This document shows, piece after piece, positions 52,125-61,725 of a stretch of DNA of 64,000 bases (position 1 is its first letter; the number at the start of each line of letters is the position of its first letter). The position numbers and the translations under genes were made by a program. The DNA lies in the NCBI GenBank assembly GCA_033762915.1, contig JANRLD010000007.1:32001-96000 (forward strand). The letters are read 5' to 3'. A model generated the notes under the pieces. That model searched no databases, was not told the origin of the DNA, and saw only the letters and a list, made by a program, of their open reading frames with translations. This stretch comes from Meiothermus sp. (GTDB lineage: Bacteria; Deinococcota; Deinococci; Deinococcales; Thermaceae).

Positions 52125-53141
52125 CTAGACGGGCGAGTAACGCCCTCCGCGCAGCTCCTGCACCAGCCCCTTGAGCTGCAAGAGCATCAGGGTAGAGAGG
52201 GTCTCGGCTGGCCCAGAGCCCACCGTGAGGGCCAGGTCGTCGGGCAGCGATTCGGGCATCTCCAGCAGGGCCTTGTACAGCTTGGCCTCGAGGCCCTCGA
52301 GCTGTACCGCCTCGCGCTTTGGGGCGCTGATCCCGAAGGCGCTGAGGATGTCGGCGGTGTCCATCACCAGGCCCGCACCGTCTTGGATCAGCCGGTTGCA
52401 GCCCAGAGAGCCGGTATCGCCGGGGCGGCCCGGCACCGCCAGCACGTCGCGGCCGAGCTCGAGGGCGTGCCGGGCAGTGATCAGCGAGCCCGACTTTTCC
52501 CCGGCCTCCACCACCAGCACTGCTTTGCTCAGCGCCGCCACGATGCGGTTGCGGCGCGGGAACAGCCCGGCCTGCGGGCTGGTGCCCAGCGGGAACTCCG
52601 AGAGCACGCTCATGGAGTCGGCCAGAAGGCGGTTCTGGGCCGGATAAAACTTGTCCAGTGCACTGCCCAGCACGCCCAGCGTGTAGCCGCCCCCCTCGAG
52701 CGCCCCCCGGTGCGAGGCGGTGTCGATGCCCAACGCCAGCCCGGAAATGACCCCCAGTCCGGCTTCAGCCAGTTCGCGGGAGACTTTGTGGGTCCAGCTC
52801 AGTGCCCACTGGCTGGCCTTGCGGGTGCCCACCACGCCGATGTTGCGCCCAGTCGGGGGCAGCTCGCCCTTGAGGTAGAGAAGCGTTGGGGGGCTCTCGA
52901 GGTGCCTCAGCGTCTCGGGGTAGGCCTCGTCCCAGTACCCGACGATGCGGGCACCCAGCTTGGCGGCCTGCTCGAGTTCCTTCTCGGCGGTCTGCTCGCG
53001 CAGGACCTTCCGGTAGGCGGTGCCGATCTCGAGTCCCAGCACCTCCTCGACGGCTTCCGGGCTGTGGTCGCGGTGCGTTAAGAGGGCTTGCAGCCGGCGG
53101 ATGCCGATGTTGGGGGTCAGGGCCAGGGCGAGCGGGGTCAT
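52125..53141 (-). CDS. dprA: DNA-processing protein DprA
   Basis: YPETL..PP, VVGTRKAS, ISGLALGID, FPRRNRIV, SGSLITA; the upstream part of the long ORF is read-through. Confidence 0.95.
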   Translation of the reverse strand: MTPLALALTPNIGIRRLQALLTHRDHSPEAVEEVLGLEIGTAYRKVLREQTAEKELEQAAKLGARIVGYWDEAYPETLRHLESPPTLLYLKGELPPTGRNIGVVGTRKASQWALSWTHKVSRELAEAGLGVISGLALGIDTASHRGALEGGGYTLGVLGSALDKFYPAQNRLLADSMSVLSEFPLGTSPQAGLFPRRNRIVAALSKAVLVVEAGEKSGSLITARHALELGRDVLAVPGRPGDTGSLGCNRLIQDGAGLVMDTADILSAFGISAPKREAVQLEGLEAKLYKALLEMPESLPDDLALTVGSGPAETLSTLMLLQLKGLVQELRGGRYSPV

Positions 53142-53260
53142 GGGGTCTCCGGGAAGCCGCCCTATCTTAACCGGTATGGTTCCAGGCCGGCATAACCAGA
53201 TCGGTCCAGCGCAAGGCTTAACGCCGGCCGTAATGGGATTGCAGTTGCGCCACAAGTTGC

Positions 53261-53517
53261 GCCAAGGTAGAAGTGCGGAATCGGCGGATACGGCAAATGC
53301 GTGCCTGGGCGAAGTGGCATGCGCCATAGCCGCAGAGCGGCTACCCGGGGCGCAATTCCCTGCGGGAGCTGGCGGGCGATAGTTCGCACTGCAACTATGG
53401 AGACACTTGGTGAGTTTGCGAAACCCTCCACGCGACAGGGGCGGCGAGCGGCTTACCGGCGCAATTCCCCAACGGGCTGCCGGGCAGCAGTTCGCATATG
53501 AGCTATGCAGACACTTG
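53261..53517 (-). repeat. Dispersed repeat family A, copy 2 plus degenerate partial tandem copy
   Basis: 53261-53404 is the reverse complement of 5144-5328 lacking the duplication; 53460-53517 resembles 53351-53409. Confidence 0.85.
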
Positions 53518-53524
53518 CGACGCC

Positions 53525-55021
53525 CTATTCCAGGATCTGGATGTGCTCGAAGTTGCGGTCCGAGGCCCCCTTCAGGATGCCCCCCTGCCGCCGCACGGCC
53601 TGCAAGAACTCTACGCACTCCCGCGTGATCTCCTCCCCGCCCACGATCACCGCCGAGCCGGGGGGGTAGGCCGAAATGGTCTCGGCGGACACGTGGCCGA
53701 TGGCCTCCTCGAGGGCCAGCGTCTTGCGGGGGCGGTGGTGCATGGCGGCGCGGGGGCGGTGGCGCATAGGGGGGAGGGGAGGCAGCTCGAGGCGGGGCTG
53801 CTTGAAGTGCCCGTCGGCGCTCTCGGCGATGAGCTGGAGGGCCTTGACCACCCGGCGCACCACCCTCGCATCGTCCACGAAGGTGAACATCAGCAGCACG
53901 TTCTGGAAGGTGGCCAGCTCGACATAGATCTGGAACTTCTCGGCCAGCAGGTCGGCCACCTCGAAGCCGCTCAGGCCCAGCCCCGACACATCGACGGTCA
54001 GGCGCAGCGGGTCGAGGGCGAAGAAGCCGGGGCGCTGGCACTCGATGCCGAAGCAGCTCAGGCCGCGGGTGGCGTTCAGCTCGGCCCGGGCCCAGTCGCA
54101 GGCCTCCATGGCCTGGCCGATCAGCTGCCGCCCCTGCTTCTCGAGCTGCAGCACCCCCAGCACCAGCGACTGCAGGATGATAAAGCTGAAGCTGGTGCTC
54201 ACAAAGCCGCCCAGGTTGACCCACTCGTAGAAGGGGGCCTCAAGGCTGGTGTCGTTGAACAGGGCCAGCGAGCCCTGCGAGAGGGTGGAGCAGGTCTTGT
54301 GCTGGCTCTGCGTCACGATGGCGGCGCTGGTTTGCTCGGCCGAGAGGGGCAGCTCGGGGTGGAAGCGGTAGTAGGCCCCGTGGGCCGAGTCCACGATCAG
54401 CCGCACCCCCCGGCCCTCGAGGAACCTCCCGCAGGCTGCGATGTCGGTGGCGATGCCGTAGTAGTTGGGGTAGGTCAGGAAGACTGCCTTGATGTCGGGG
54501 TGGGCGTTCAGGGCCTTCTCCAGACGATCGACGGTCATGCCCAGGGGGATGCCCAGGTCCTTGGCGTAATTGGGCTCGAGGTAGACCGGCACCAGCCCCT
54601 GGTGGATGATGGCCGAGTAGACCGAGACGTGGCTGTCGCGCTGCAACAGCACCTTGTCGCCGGGGTCGGTACAGCACATCAGGGCCATGATGTTGAGGAT
54701 CGAGGTGCCGTTGGTGGAGGGCCAGGCAAACTTGACCCCGTAGGTCTGGGCCAGGTAGTCCTGGGTGCGGCCCAGGGCGGTTTCGGGGTCGCGGGCAAAG
54801 AGCGAGCCGAGCTCGAGGACGCTCATAGAGTGGTCGTAGCGCCCGACCTTCTCGAAGTCGTCGAGCATCTGGAGGTAGCCCTTGGGCAGGTTGGGCTCGA
54901 ACCACAGGGCCTGCTCAAGGAGCGTGAACCCCTTGCCCATGCGGTGGCCGGGGGTACAGCACTCGATCACATCGTCTTGCAGCGCGAGCTGGGTCTCGGT
55001 AAGGGCGAAGCCGCGTTTCAC
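53525..55021 (-). CDS. Orn/Lys/Arg decarboxylase family (PLP, group III)
   Basis: TPGH, NGTS, RDSHVS, TYPNYYG, VDSAHG, QSQHKT, YPPG. Confidence 0.88.
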   Translation of the reverse strand: MKRGFALTETQLALQDDVIECCTPGHRMGKGFTLLEQALWFEPNLPKGYLQMLDDFEKVGRYDHSMSVLELGSLFARDPETALGRTQDYLAQTYGVKFAWPSTNGTSILNIMALMCCTDPGDKVLLQRDSHVSVYSAIIHQGLVPVYLEPNYAKDLGIPLGMTVDRLEKALNAHPDIKAVFLTYPNYYGIATDIAACGRFLEGRGVRLIVDSAHGAYYRFHPELPLSAEQTSAAIVTQSQHKTCSTLSQGSLALFNDTSLEAPFYEWVNLGGFVSTSFSFIILQSLVLGVLQLEKQGRQLIGQAMEACDWARAELNATRGLSCFGIECQRPGFFALDPLRLTVDVSGLGLSGFEVADLLAEKFQIYVELATFQNVLLMFTFVDDARVVRRVVKALQLIAESADGHFKQPRLELPPLPPMRHRPRAAMHHRPRKTLALEEAIGHVSAETISAYPPGSAVIVGGEEITRECVEFLQAVRRQGGILKGASDRNFEHIQILE

Positions 55022-55139
55022 CAGGCTATTCTACGGGGCGGGCTCGAGGGCGAAGGTTTGGGGGCTTCGTACCCGCGCTCTTTGAATAGTCGTATTACCG
55101 CCACTTTCGCTTCGCCGTTCATGAGATACAATCCCCAGC

Positions 55140-58070
55140 ATGTCCGTTATGGAACCAAACGCCAAGATTGGCAATTACACCGTTATCAAGTCTGGGCCGT
55201 TGCCACACCTGGGTGGGGAGTACCTCGAGCTGCTGCATGGGCCCACCGGAGCGCGGCATATCCACATCGCCAGCAAGGACGATAACAAGACCTTCACCGT
55301 GGTGTTTCCCACCGTGCCACAAGACTCCACTGGCATCGCGCACATTCTCGAGCACATCGTGCTGGCGGGCTCGGAGCGCTTCCCGGTACGCGACCCCTTC
55401 TTCGCCATGGGGCCGCGCTCGCTCTCGACCTTCATGAACGCCCTGACCGCGCCGGACTCTACCTACTACCCGTTCTCCACGCGCAACACCAAGGATTTCT
55501 TCAATCTGCTCGAGGTCTACCTCGACGCCACCTTCTTCCCCAAGATTGACTATCACTCCTACCGCCAGGAGGGCTGGCGCTACGAGTTTGAGGAGATGGA
55601 CAACCCCACCTCGCCGCTCAAGTACGGCGGGGTGGTCTTTAACGAGATGAAGGGCGGGATGTCCAGCCCCAGCAGCGTGATGTGGCGCGAGATCGGCAAG
55701 GCGGTGTTCCCCGACCTGACCTATGCCAACAACTCCGGTGGCGACCCCCGCTTCATCCCCGACCTCACCCACGAGGCGCTCAAGGCCTTCCACGCCCGCC
55801 ACTACCACCCCTCCAACGCCTACTTCTACACCTACGGCGACATGGACCTGGAGCAGACCCTGGGCGTCATCGAACGCTACGTGATGGCCCGCTTCTCCAA
55901 GATCGATCCCCACACCCAGATTCCCGACCAGCCGCGCTTTAAAGCCCCCCTCTGGCACCGGGCGGTCTACCCGCTGGGGCCTTCGGAAGACGCCAACAAA
56001 AAGTCCCAGGTGCTGCTGACCTTCCTGACCACTTTCATCGGCAACAAGGTGGACATCCTGGGCCTGAGTGTGCTCGAGAAAGTCCTGCTCTCCAACGCCG
56101 CCTCCCCGCTGCGCAAAGCCCTCATCGAGAGCAAGATCGGCGAGGCGCTGGCCGACGGCACCGGCTTGCAGGACAGCTACCGCGAGGTGGTCTTTGCGGC
56201 GGGCCTCAAGGGCGTGAACCAGGACGATGCCCAACAGGTCGAGGCGCTGGTGCTGGACACCCTGCGCGACCTGGCCGAGCGGGGCGTGGACGAGGCCATG
56301 GTGGACGCCACCATCCACCGGATGGAGCTCGAAAGCCGCGAGGTCTCCAACGCGGGCTGGCCCTACTCGCTGAAGGTGTTCTTCCAGCTTCTGGGCGCGT
56401 ACATGAATGGCGGCGACGCCTACGAGGCCCTGCAGTTTGACGCCGCCCTCAGGACCATCCAGGCTGAGCGGGCCAAGGGCGGCTTCTTCGAGGGGTTGAT
56501 CCGCAAGTACTTCCTCGACAACCCTCACCGTGCCACCATCGTCCTCGAGCCCGACCAGACCCTCACCGCGCGCCTCGAGGCCGAGGAGCGGGTCAAGCTC
56601 GATGGGATTCGCGCCGGGCTCTCCGAGGCCGAGGCCCAGGTGGTCGTCCGCGAGGCGCTGGAGCTCAAGCGCCGTCAGGAGAAGTCCGAGGACCTTTCGG
56701 TTCTGCCGACCCTCGAGCTGTCCGACATCCCCATGCAGATGGAGGACGTCCCCCATCAGGTCAAGACCGTCCACGGCGCGACCATCGGCCTCTTTCCCCA
56801 GGCCACCAACGGCATCTCCTACCTCGACCTACAGACCGACGTGGCCGGGCTGCCCGACCGGCTCAAAGACCTGCTCCCGCTGTTCGCCTTCGTGGTGACC
56901 AAGATGGGGGCGGGGCAGAGCAACTACCTCGAGATGGCCGCCCGCATCGAGGCCAGCACCGGCGGGGTGGGGGCCACGGTGAGCCAGCGCACCCTGCCCG
57001 CCGATGTCGCTCAGTTCAAGCAGAGCTTTACCCTCTCGGGCAAGGCACTGTACCGCAACCACGCCGCCTTCTTTGGCATCCTGAGCGACTTCCTGACCGC
57101 CCTCAACTGGGACAAGGCCCACCTCAAAAACCTGCTGGGCCAGCTCAAGGCGGGCACCGAGTCGCGGGTGGTGCAGGCCGGGCACGTGTTCGTCTGGAAC
57201 CTGGCCGAGAGCCAGTTTGGCGGGAGGGCCAGCCTGCAGGAGCGCTGGGAGGGCCTGACCCAACTCGCCACTCTTAAGCGCCTGACTGCCCTCGACGACG
57301 CGGGCCTGGACGGGCTGCTGGCCGACCTGGAGGCCGTGCGGGCCTACCTCTTCAGACAGGGCGCCTGGAAGATCTGCCTGACCAGCGAGGAGGGACAGCT
57401 GGGGGAGCTCGAGCAACGCCTGATCGAACTCCTCTCCGCGCTCCCCGCCTCCCAGGTCGCCAGCGAACCCACCGCCCTGCCCGCCAGGCACCTCGCCCCC
57501 GTCGCCCGCACCACCGCCGTCCCGGTGGCCTACGACGCCAAGGTGTTCTCTACCGTGCCCTACAGCCACCCCGACGCCCCAGTGCTGCTGGCCCTGGCCA
57601 ACCTGCTGCGCTCGGAGTACCTGCACAAGGAAATCCGCGAGAAAGGCGGGGCCTATGGCGGCTGGGGCGTGACCCGCCCGGAGAACGGCACCTTCGCCCT
57701 GCTGTCCTACCGCGACCCCCACATCGTCCGCACCTTCAAGGTCTACGACGGCATCCACGAGTTTCTGGCCCGCGACCCCGAGGCCGATAAGGTGAAGGAG
57801 GCCATCCTGGGCGCGGCGGGTGACGTAGACCCCCTGCTTTCGCCGGACAACAAGGGCCGGGTGCGTTTCTACTCCGACCAAGCGGGGTACACCCTCGAGC
57901 AGAAATCCCAGTTTAAACAGCGCCTGTTGTCCGTCACCCTGGACGATCTCCGCCGCGTCGCGACGACGTACCTGAGCGGCGAGGCCGCGATGGCGGTGAT
58001 CAGCTCCGAGGAGAAGGTCAAGGAAGCCAACGCGGAGATGGGCAACATCTTCAGCGTCTCGGCGATTTGA
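55140..58070 (+). CDS. M16C insulinase-family metallopeptidase (presequence protease-like)
   Basis: HILEH inverted Zn motif, FMNALT, GVVFNEMKG, IREKGGAYG, SYRDP. Confidence 0.93.
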   Translation: MSVMEPNAKIGNYTVIKSGPLPHLGGEYLELLHGPTGARHIHIASKDDNKTFTVVFPTVPQDSTGIAHILEHIVLAGSERFPVRDPFFAMGPRSLSTFMNALTAPDSTYYPFSTRNTKDFFNLLEVYLDATFFPKIDYHSYRQEGWRYEFEEMDNPTSPLKYGGVVFNEMKGGMSSPSSVMWREIGKAVFPDLTYANNSGGDPRFIPDLTHEALKAFHARHYHPSNAYFYTYGDMDLEQTLGVIERYVMARFSKIDPHTQIPDQPRFKAPLWHRAVYPLGPSEDANKKSQVLLTFLTTFIGNKVDILGLSVLEKVLLSNAASPLRKALIESKIGEALADGTGLQDSYREVVFAAGLKGVNQDDAQQVEALVLDTLRDLAERGVDEAMVDATIHRMELESREVSNAGWPYSLKVFFQLLGAYMNGGDAYEALQFDAALRTIQAERAKGGFFEGLIRKYFLDNPHRATIVLEPDQTLTARLEAEERVKLDGIRAGLSEAEAQVVVREALELKRRQEKSEDLSVLPTLELSDIPMQMEDVPHQVKTVHGATIGLFPQATNGISYLDLQTDVAGLPDRLKDLLPLFAFVVTKMGAGQSNYLEMAARIEASTGGVGATVSQRTLPADVAQFKQSFTLSGKALYRNHAAFFGILSDFLTALNWDKAHLKNLLGQLKAGTESRVVQAGHVFVWNLAESQFGGRASLQERWEGLTQLATLKRLTALDDAGLDGLLADLEAVRAYLFRQGAWKICLTSEEGQLGELEQRLIELLSALPASQVASEPTALPARHLAPVARTTAVPVAYDAKVFSTVPYSHPDAPVLLALANLLRSEYLHKEIREKGGAYGGWGVTRPENGTFALLSYRDPHIVRTFKVYDGIHEFLARDPEADKVKEAILGAAGDVDPLLSPDNKGRVRFYSDQAGYTLEQKSQFKQRLLSVTLDDLRRVATTYLSGEAAMAVISSEEKVKEANAEMGNIFSVSAI

Positions 58071-58176
58071 GGGCGGTTCCCACCCTTAAGTCTCGCGTGG
58101 TGATGCGCTCCAGCCTGCGCCAACCTACCCCGCATATCCGGGGCTCTGCGTGCGGAGTAACCACGAACCGCCCTCA
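58068..58176. mobile_element. MITE-like repeat family B, copy 3
   Basis: 12-bp perfect IR TGAGGGCGGTTC/GAACCGCCCTCA; begins at the peptidase stop codon. Confidence 0.6.
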
Positions 58177-58457
58177 CGAAGGTCGGGAGCGCCCGAAGCT
58201 TACGGCGGATTTCAATCACTGCAGTTCAAACGCCCTGGGGCCGAGCTGGACTCCCCGCCGTGTTTTCGAGGTGCGGTGTTGAGGTGATCAGTTGGACGGC
58301 CGGTGTAGGTTGGGCCAGGGCTTTTGCGAGGCCAGCAAGCGCGGCAGCCGTGTGCTCAGGTGCAAGCACGGGTGGAATTCTTTAGCGGGCGATTCGGGAC
58401 GGCACTCCGCGGTTTAAGGGTGTAGCCGCTTGGGAGGGCCTTCGGGTTCGACCTTCC

Positions 58458-58898
58458 TCATGCCTGGGGCGTCTTGCCCTTGGGGCTCATCTCCTGGAGC
58501 CTCGAGGCGTCCACGCCCCCTTCCTCTAGCACCTGCTTGGAGATCAGGATGGGCACCTCGGCGCGGATGGCCAGTGCCAGCCCGTCGGAGGGGCGGCAGT
58601 CCATCTCGTACTCGAGGCCGCGCTGCTCGAGCAGCAGCCGCCCGTAGTAGGTCCCCCCGCGCAACTCGTAGATGTGCAACTGGGTCACCTTGGCCCCCAT
58701 CAGCTCGAGGGTGTTGAGGAACAGGTCGGGCATCAGCGGTCGCGGTGGCTTTTCGCCCGAGAGGTGAATCATGATGTTCTGGGTCTCCAACGCCCCGATC
58801 ACCACCGGCAGAATCCTCCCGGTCTCGGCCTCGAGGATCACCATCAGGTTCTCCCCCTGCGGGTCGAACCCCACGCCTTGGATGCGGGCCGGGATCAT
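58458..58898 (-). CDS. Bifunctional nuclease family protein (DUF151)
   Basis: ILPVVIG, PPRPL..DL, DCRPSDGLALA. Confidence 0.9.
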   Translation of the reverse strand: MIPARIQGVGFDPQGENLMVILEAETGRILPVVIGALETQNIMIHLSGEKPPRPLMPDLFLNTLELMGAKVTQLHIYELRGGTYYGRLLLEQRGLEYEMDCRPSDGLALAIRAEVPILISKQVLEEGGVDASRLQEMSPKGKTPQA

Positions 58899-59052
58899 GG
58901 CCTGAGTATAGGTCTCAGCCATGACAGCAGGATGGGGAGGGTGTGGGAGAACGGCCGAGGAGAGAGAGCAGGGAGATCAGGAGAAAGAGGAAAGGGAACT
59001 CCGAGGCATGGGTTCTTGGGGTCCTCTATTCACGCCTTTCGCACGCCGTTGC

Positions 59053-59355
59053 CTAGGTGTACTTATCCCCCCGCACCACCTCTACGCTCTCAAGGTAGGC
59101 AATTACCGCGAAGTTGGTGAAGTAGACTTCGGCCAGACGCTTGACGATCTTCTCGGCGACCTCGGGGGAGACGATGCACTCGAGGCGGATGTTGCCACCC
59201 TCCCACTCGCTGGCCCTCACGCCCCTCGAGCCCTCGCCCCGGGCGGGGGTGACGGTGTAGCCCTTGGCCCCCAGCCGCCGCACCTCGCGGATGAGCTTGT
59301 CCTCGAGGAATCCCTCGGCAATGATCGTGACCAGTTTGAGCGAAACCAGGGCCAT
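59053..59355 (-). CDS. sbtB: SbtB-like P-II family regulator
   Basis: KLVTII, GAKGYT..GEGSRG; translationally coupled to sbtA. Confidence 0.82.
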   Translation of the reverse strand: MALVSLKLVTIIAEGFLEDKLIREVRRLGAKGYTVTPARGEGSRGVRASEWEGGNIRLECIVSPEVAEKIVKRLAEVYFTNFAVIAYLESVEVVRGDKYT

Positions 59356-60317
59356 CAGCCACCTCCCAGCAGGCGTGCGAAGTAAAAGTACAGCGGAATC
59401 CCCAGCGTCAGGTTAAAGGGAAAGGTGATACCCAGCGAGGCGGTGAGGTAGTAGCTGGGGTTGGCCTCGGGCAGGGCGATGCGGACGGCGGCGGGGGCGG
59501 CGATGTAGGAGGCGCTGGCCGCCATTGTGCCCAGCACCATCGCCCCGCCCACCGACATTCCCGCCAGCGTCCCCAGCCACACCCCCAGCGCGCCCTGCAC
59601 GATGGGCATGGCGAGTCCGAAGGCGATCAGGAACGCCCCCACCTTCCTGAGGTCGCGCAGCCGCTTGGCCGCCACCATGCCCAGCTCGAGCAAGAACAGC
59701 ACCAGTGCGCCCCGGAAGGGGTCGATGAACACCGGCGCAATCTGCCGCATGCCCCCCTCTCCGGCCAGCGCCCCAATCACCACCCCGCCCACCAGCAGCA
59801 GGATGCTCTTGCCTGCGAAGATCTCGCGCACGGCCTCGCCCAGGCTGCCGGTGCCGCCGGTGCCCCGGCGGGCGATAAGCAGCGCGATCACGATGGCAGG
59901 AACCTCGAGGATCGCCACCAGTGCGGGCATGTAGCCCTCCACCGGCTGACTGGCGGCCTGCATGAAGGCAGTAGCGGCGATGAAGGTCACCGCCGAGACC
60001 GAGCCGTAGTGGGCGGCGATGGCGGCGGCGTCAATCACCCCGAACCTGCGCCGCAGCACCGCGTACGAAAGCAGCGGGGTGACGACGCTCAGGGCCAGGG
60101 TCGCCAGGGCCGGCCCCCAGAGCTGGCTCAGGGGGGTCTGGGCCAGGGCGTCGCCGCCCTTGATCCCGATGGCCAGCAACAAGTAGATCGAGAGGGTGGT
60201 GTAGAGCGCCTCGGGTATCTTCAGGTCGGACTTGACCAGCGTCGCCAGCATGCCCAGCGCGAAGGCCAACACGGCGGGCGAGAGCAGGTTGATGCGGAGG
60301 AGTTCCAGCGGGTCCAC
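59355..60317 (-). CDS. sbtA: Sodium-dependent bicarbonate transporter family permease (SbtA-like)
   Basis: KSDLKIP, YLLLAIGIKGG, HYGSVSAVTF, SASYIAAPAA, LGITFPFN. Confidence 0.88.
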   Translation of the reverse strand: MDPLELLRINLLSPAVLAFALGMLATLVKSDLKIPEALYTTLSIYLLLAIGIKGGDALAQTPLSQLWGPALATLALSVVTPLLSYAVLRRRFGVIDAAAIAAHYGSVSAVTFIAATAFMQAASQPVEGYMPALVAILEVPAIVIALLIARRGTGGTGSLGEAVREIFAGKSILLLVGGVVIGALAGEGGMRQIAPVFIDPFRGALVLFLLELGMVAAKRLRDLRKVGAFLIAFGLAMPIVQGALGVWLGTLAGMSVGGAMVLGTMAASASYIAAPAAVRIALPEANPSYYLTASLGITFPFNLTLGIPLYFYFARLLGGG

Positions 60318-60426
60318 GTCGGGGGTGATTCTACCGCTGTGACACAAAAAAAAGACTGAACTTGGTCTAAGGTTGGGTAAGAAGGGAGAAAAACCCCCGG
60401 TCCCCTCGAGTCAAACCGTGGCACCT

Positions 60427-61386
60427 ATGCAGATCAGTTCCGCCAACACCTTGCCCAAAAACCTGATTCCGGTCCTGGTCGCGGTCGTTGTGGTGGCGGC
60501 TCTGGGGTATCTCATTGCCGCGGTATGGGCGGGGCTGGACGAGGTGGGGGCGGCCCTGCGGGACGTGGGCTGGCTGGGGCTGGTGGGGGTGTTTGCGACC
60601 TCGCTCTTCAGCTACGCCTTCGGGTTTGTGCGCTGGCAGGGGTACCTCCGGCTGCTGGGTCACCAGGTGCCTCGAGGGGATAACCTGGGCATTTATGTTG
60701 GCTCCTTTGCGCTGGCCATGACCCCCGCCAGGGCCGGGGAGGTGCTGCGGAGCGTCTTCCTGCGGCGCTTCGGGGTGGACTTTCCCAGCAGCTTTGCCGC
60801 CTTTGCCGCCGAGCGCATCGTCGACCTGCTGGCCATGGCCCTGATCGTGGCGGTAGGCCTGTGGAGCTATCCACCGGCCCGCCCGATGATCGGGGTGGTG
60901 ATCGGGGGCATCCTGGCGGTGCTGTTGGTGCTGAATATCCCCCGGCTTTTGCAGTGGTTTCGCGGGGCGTTTGCACGGCTGCCGCGGCGGTTCGCGGGGC
61001 TGGCGGTGGGTCTGGTGGACACCGCCCTGAACTTCCGCAGCCTGTTCGGGCTGCGCGGCTCGAGCTTCGGTCTGGGTCTGGGCTTGCTGGTGGTCGGGGC
61101 GGAGGGCCTGGGTCTGTGGATTCTGCTCGAGGCCCAGGGCGCAAACATTCCGGTGCTGACCGCCCTAGCGATCTACGGATTTTCCCTGCTGGCGGGTGCG
61201 CTGAGCTTTTTGCCCGGCGGCGTCGGCGGCTTCGAGGCTGCGATGATCCTGCTCCTTACCGCCAACGGGCTGAGCGAAGGCCAGGCCGTGGCCACCACGC
61301 TGCTGATTCGGGTGGGGACGCTCTGGTTTGCGGTTTTGCTGGGGATCGCGGTGTTGCCGAGGGTGGCTCGAGCTGAAGGCCGATAA
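60427..61386 (+). CDS. Lysylphosphatidylglycerol synthase TM / flippase-like membrane protein
   Basis: RWQGYL, TPARAGEVLR, ERIVD, PGGVGGFE, LIR..TLWF. Confidence 0.85.
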   Translation: MQISSANTLPKNLIPVLVAVVVVAALGYLIAAVWAGLDEVGAALRDVGWLGLVGVFATSLFSYAFGFVRWQGYLRLLGHQVPRGDNLGIYVGSFALAMTPARAGEVLRSVFLRRFGVDFPSSFAAFAAERIVDLLAMALIVAVGLWSYPPARPMIGVVIGGILAVLLVLNIPRLLQWFRGAFARLPRRFAGLAVGLVDTALNFRSLFGLRGSSFGLGLGLLVVGAEGLGLWILLEAQGANIPVLTALAIYGFSLLAGALSFLPGGVGGFEAAMILLLTANGLSEGQAVATTLLIRVGTLWFAVLLGIAVLPRVARAEGR

Positions 61387-61725
61387 AAGCCAAGTTCCAC
61401 CCGCGTGTGCTAGGCCGAACGGGGATTGCCCCGGTGCACGGCGTTGCGCTCTTCGCCGCTCCAACAAAGACCCCGGCGCAACTCACAGCGGATTTCGGAC
61501 TTACCCCTCGCGGTAATGCGCTAAAGCGTGCATACAAAATCCTGCACATCCGAGCCCCTGGGTGCGGTTTGTTCGCGGAAACCGCTTTTGGGCCGGCGCG
61601 ACGTGGTCAGGCGCCGAGGGGATGAGGGTCCAAGGGAGTCCCGCTAGTAGCTTGGGCTCAATCGAACACAGCCCTCGCCGGATGGCCGGTGACCTCCGAC
61701 CCACCTCATCCCTTACCCTATACGC

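Noticed and set aside
53142..54224. N-terminal extension of the 699-aa ORF containing dprA
   Set aside because: It runs through repeat family A and overlaps the decarboxylase in another frame; the true start is MTPLAL at 53141
53498..56774. Long antisense ORFs (e.g. 53498-55285, 55119-56774; also 2184-3548, 10774-12459)
   Set aside because: Shadow frames of real genes, expected from high-GC codon bias
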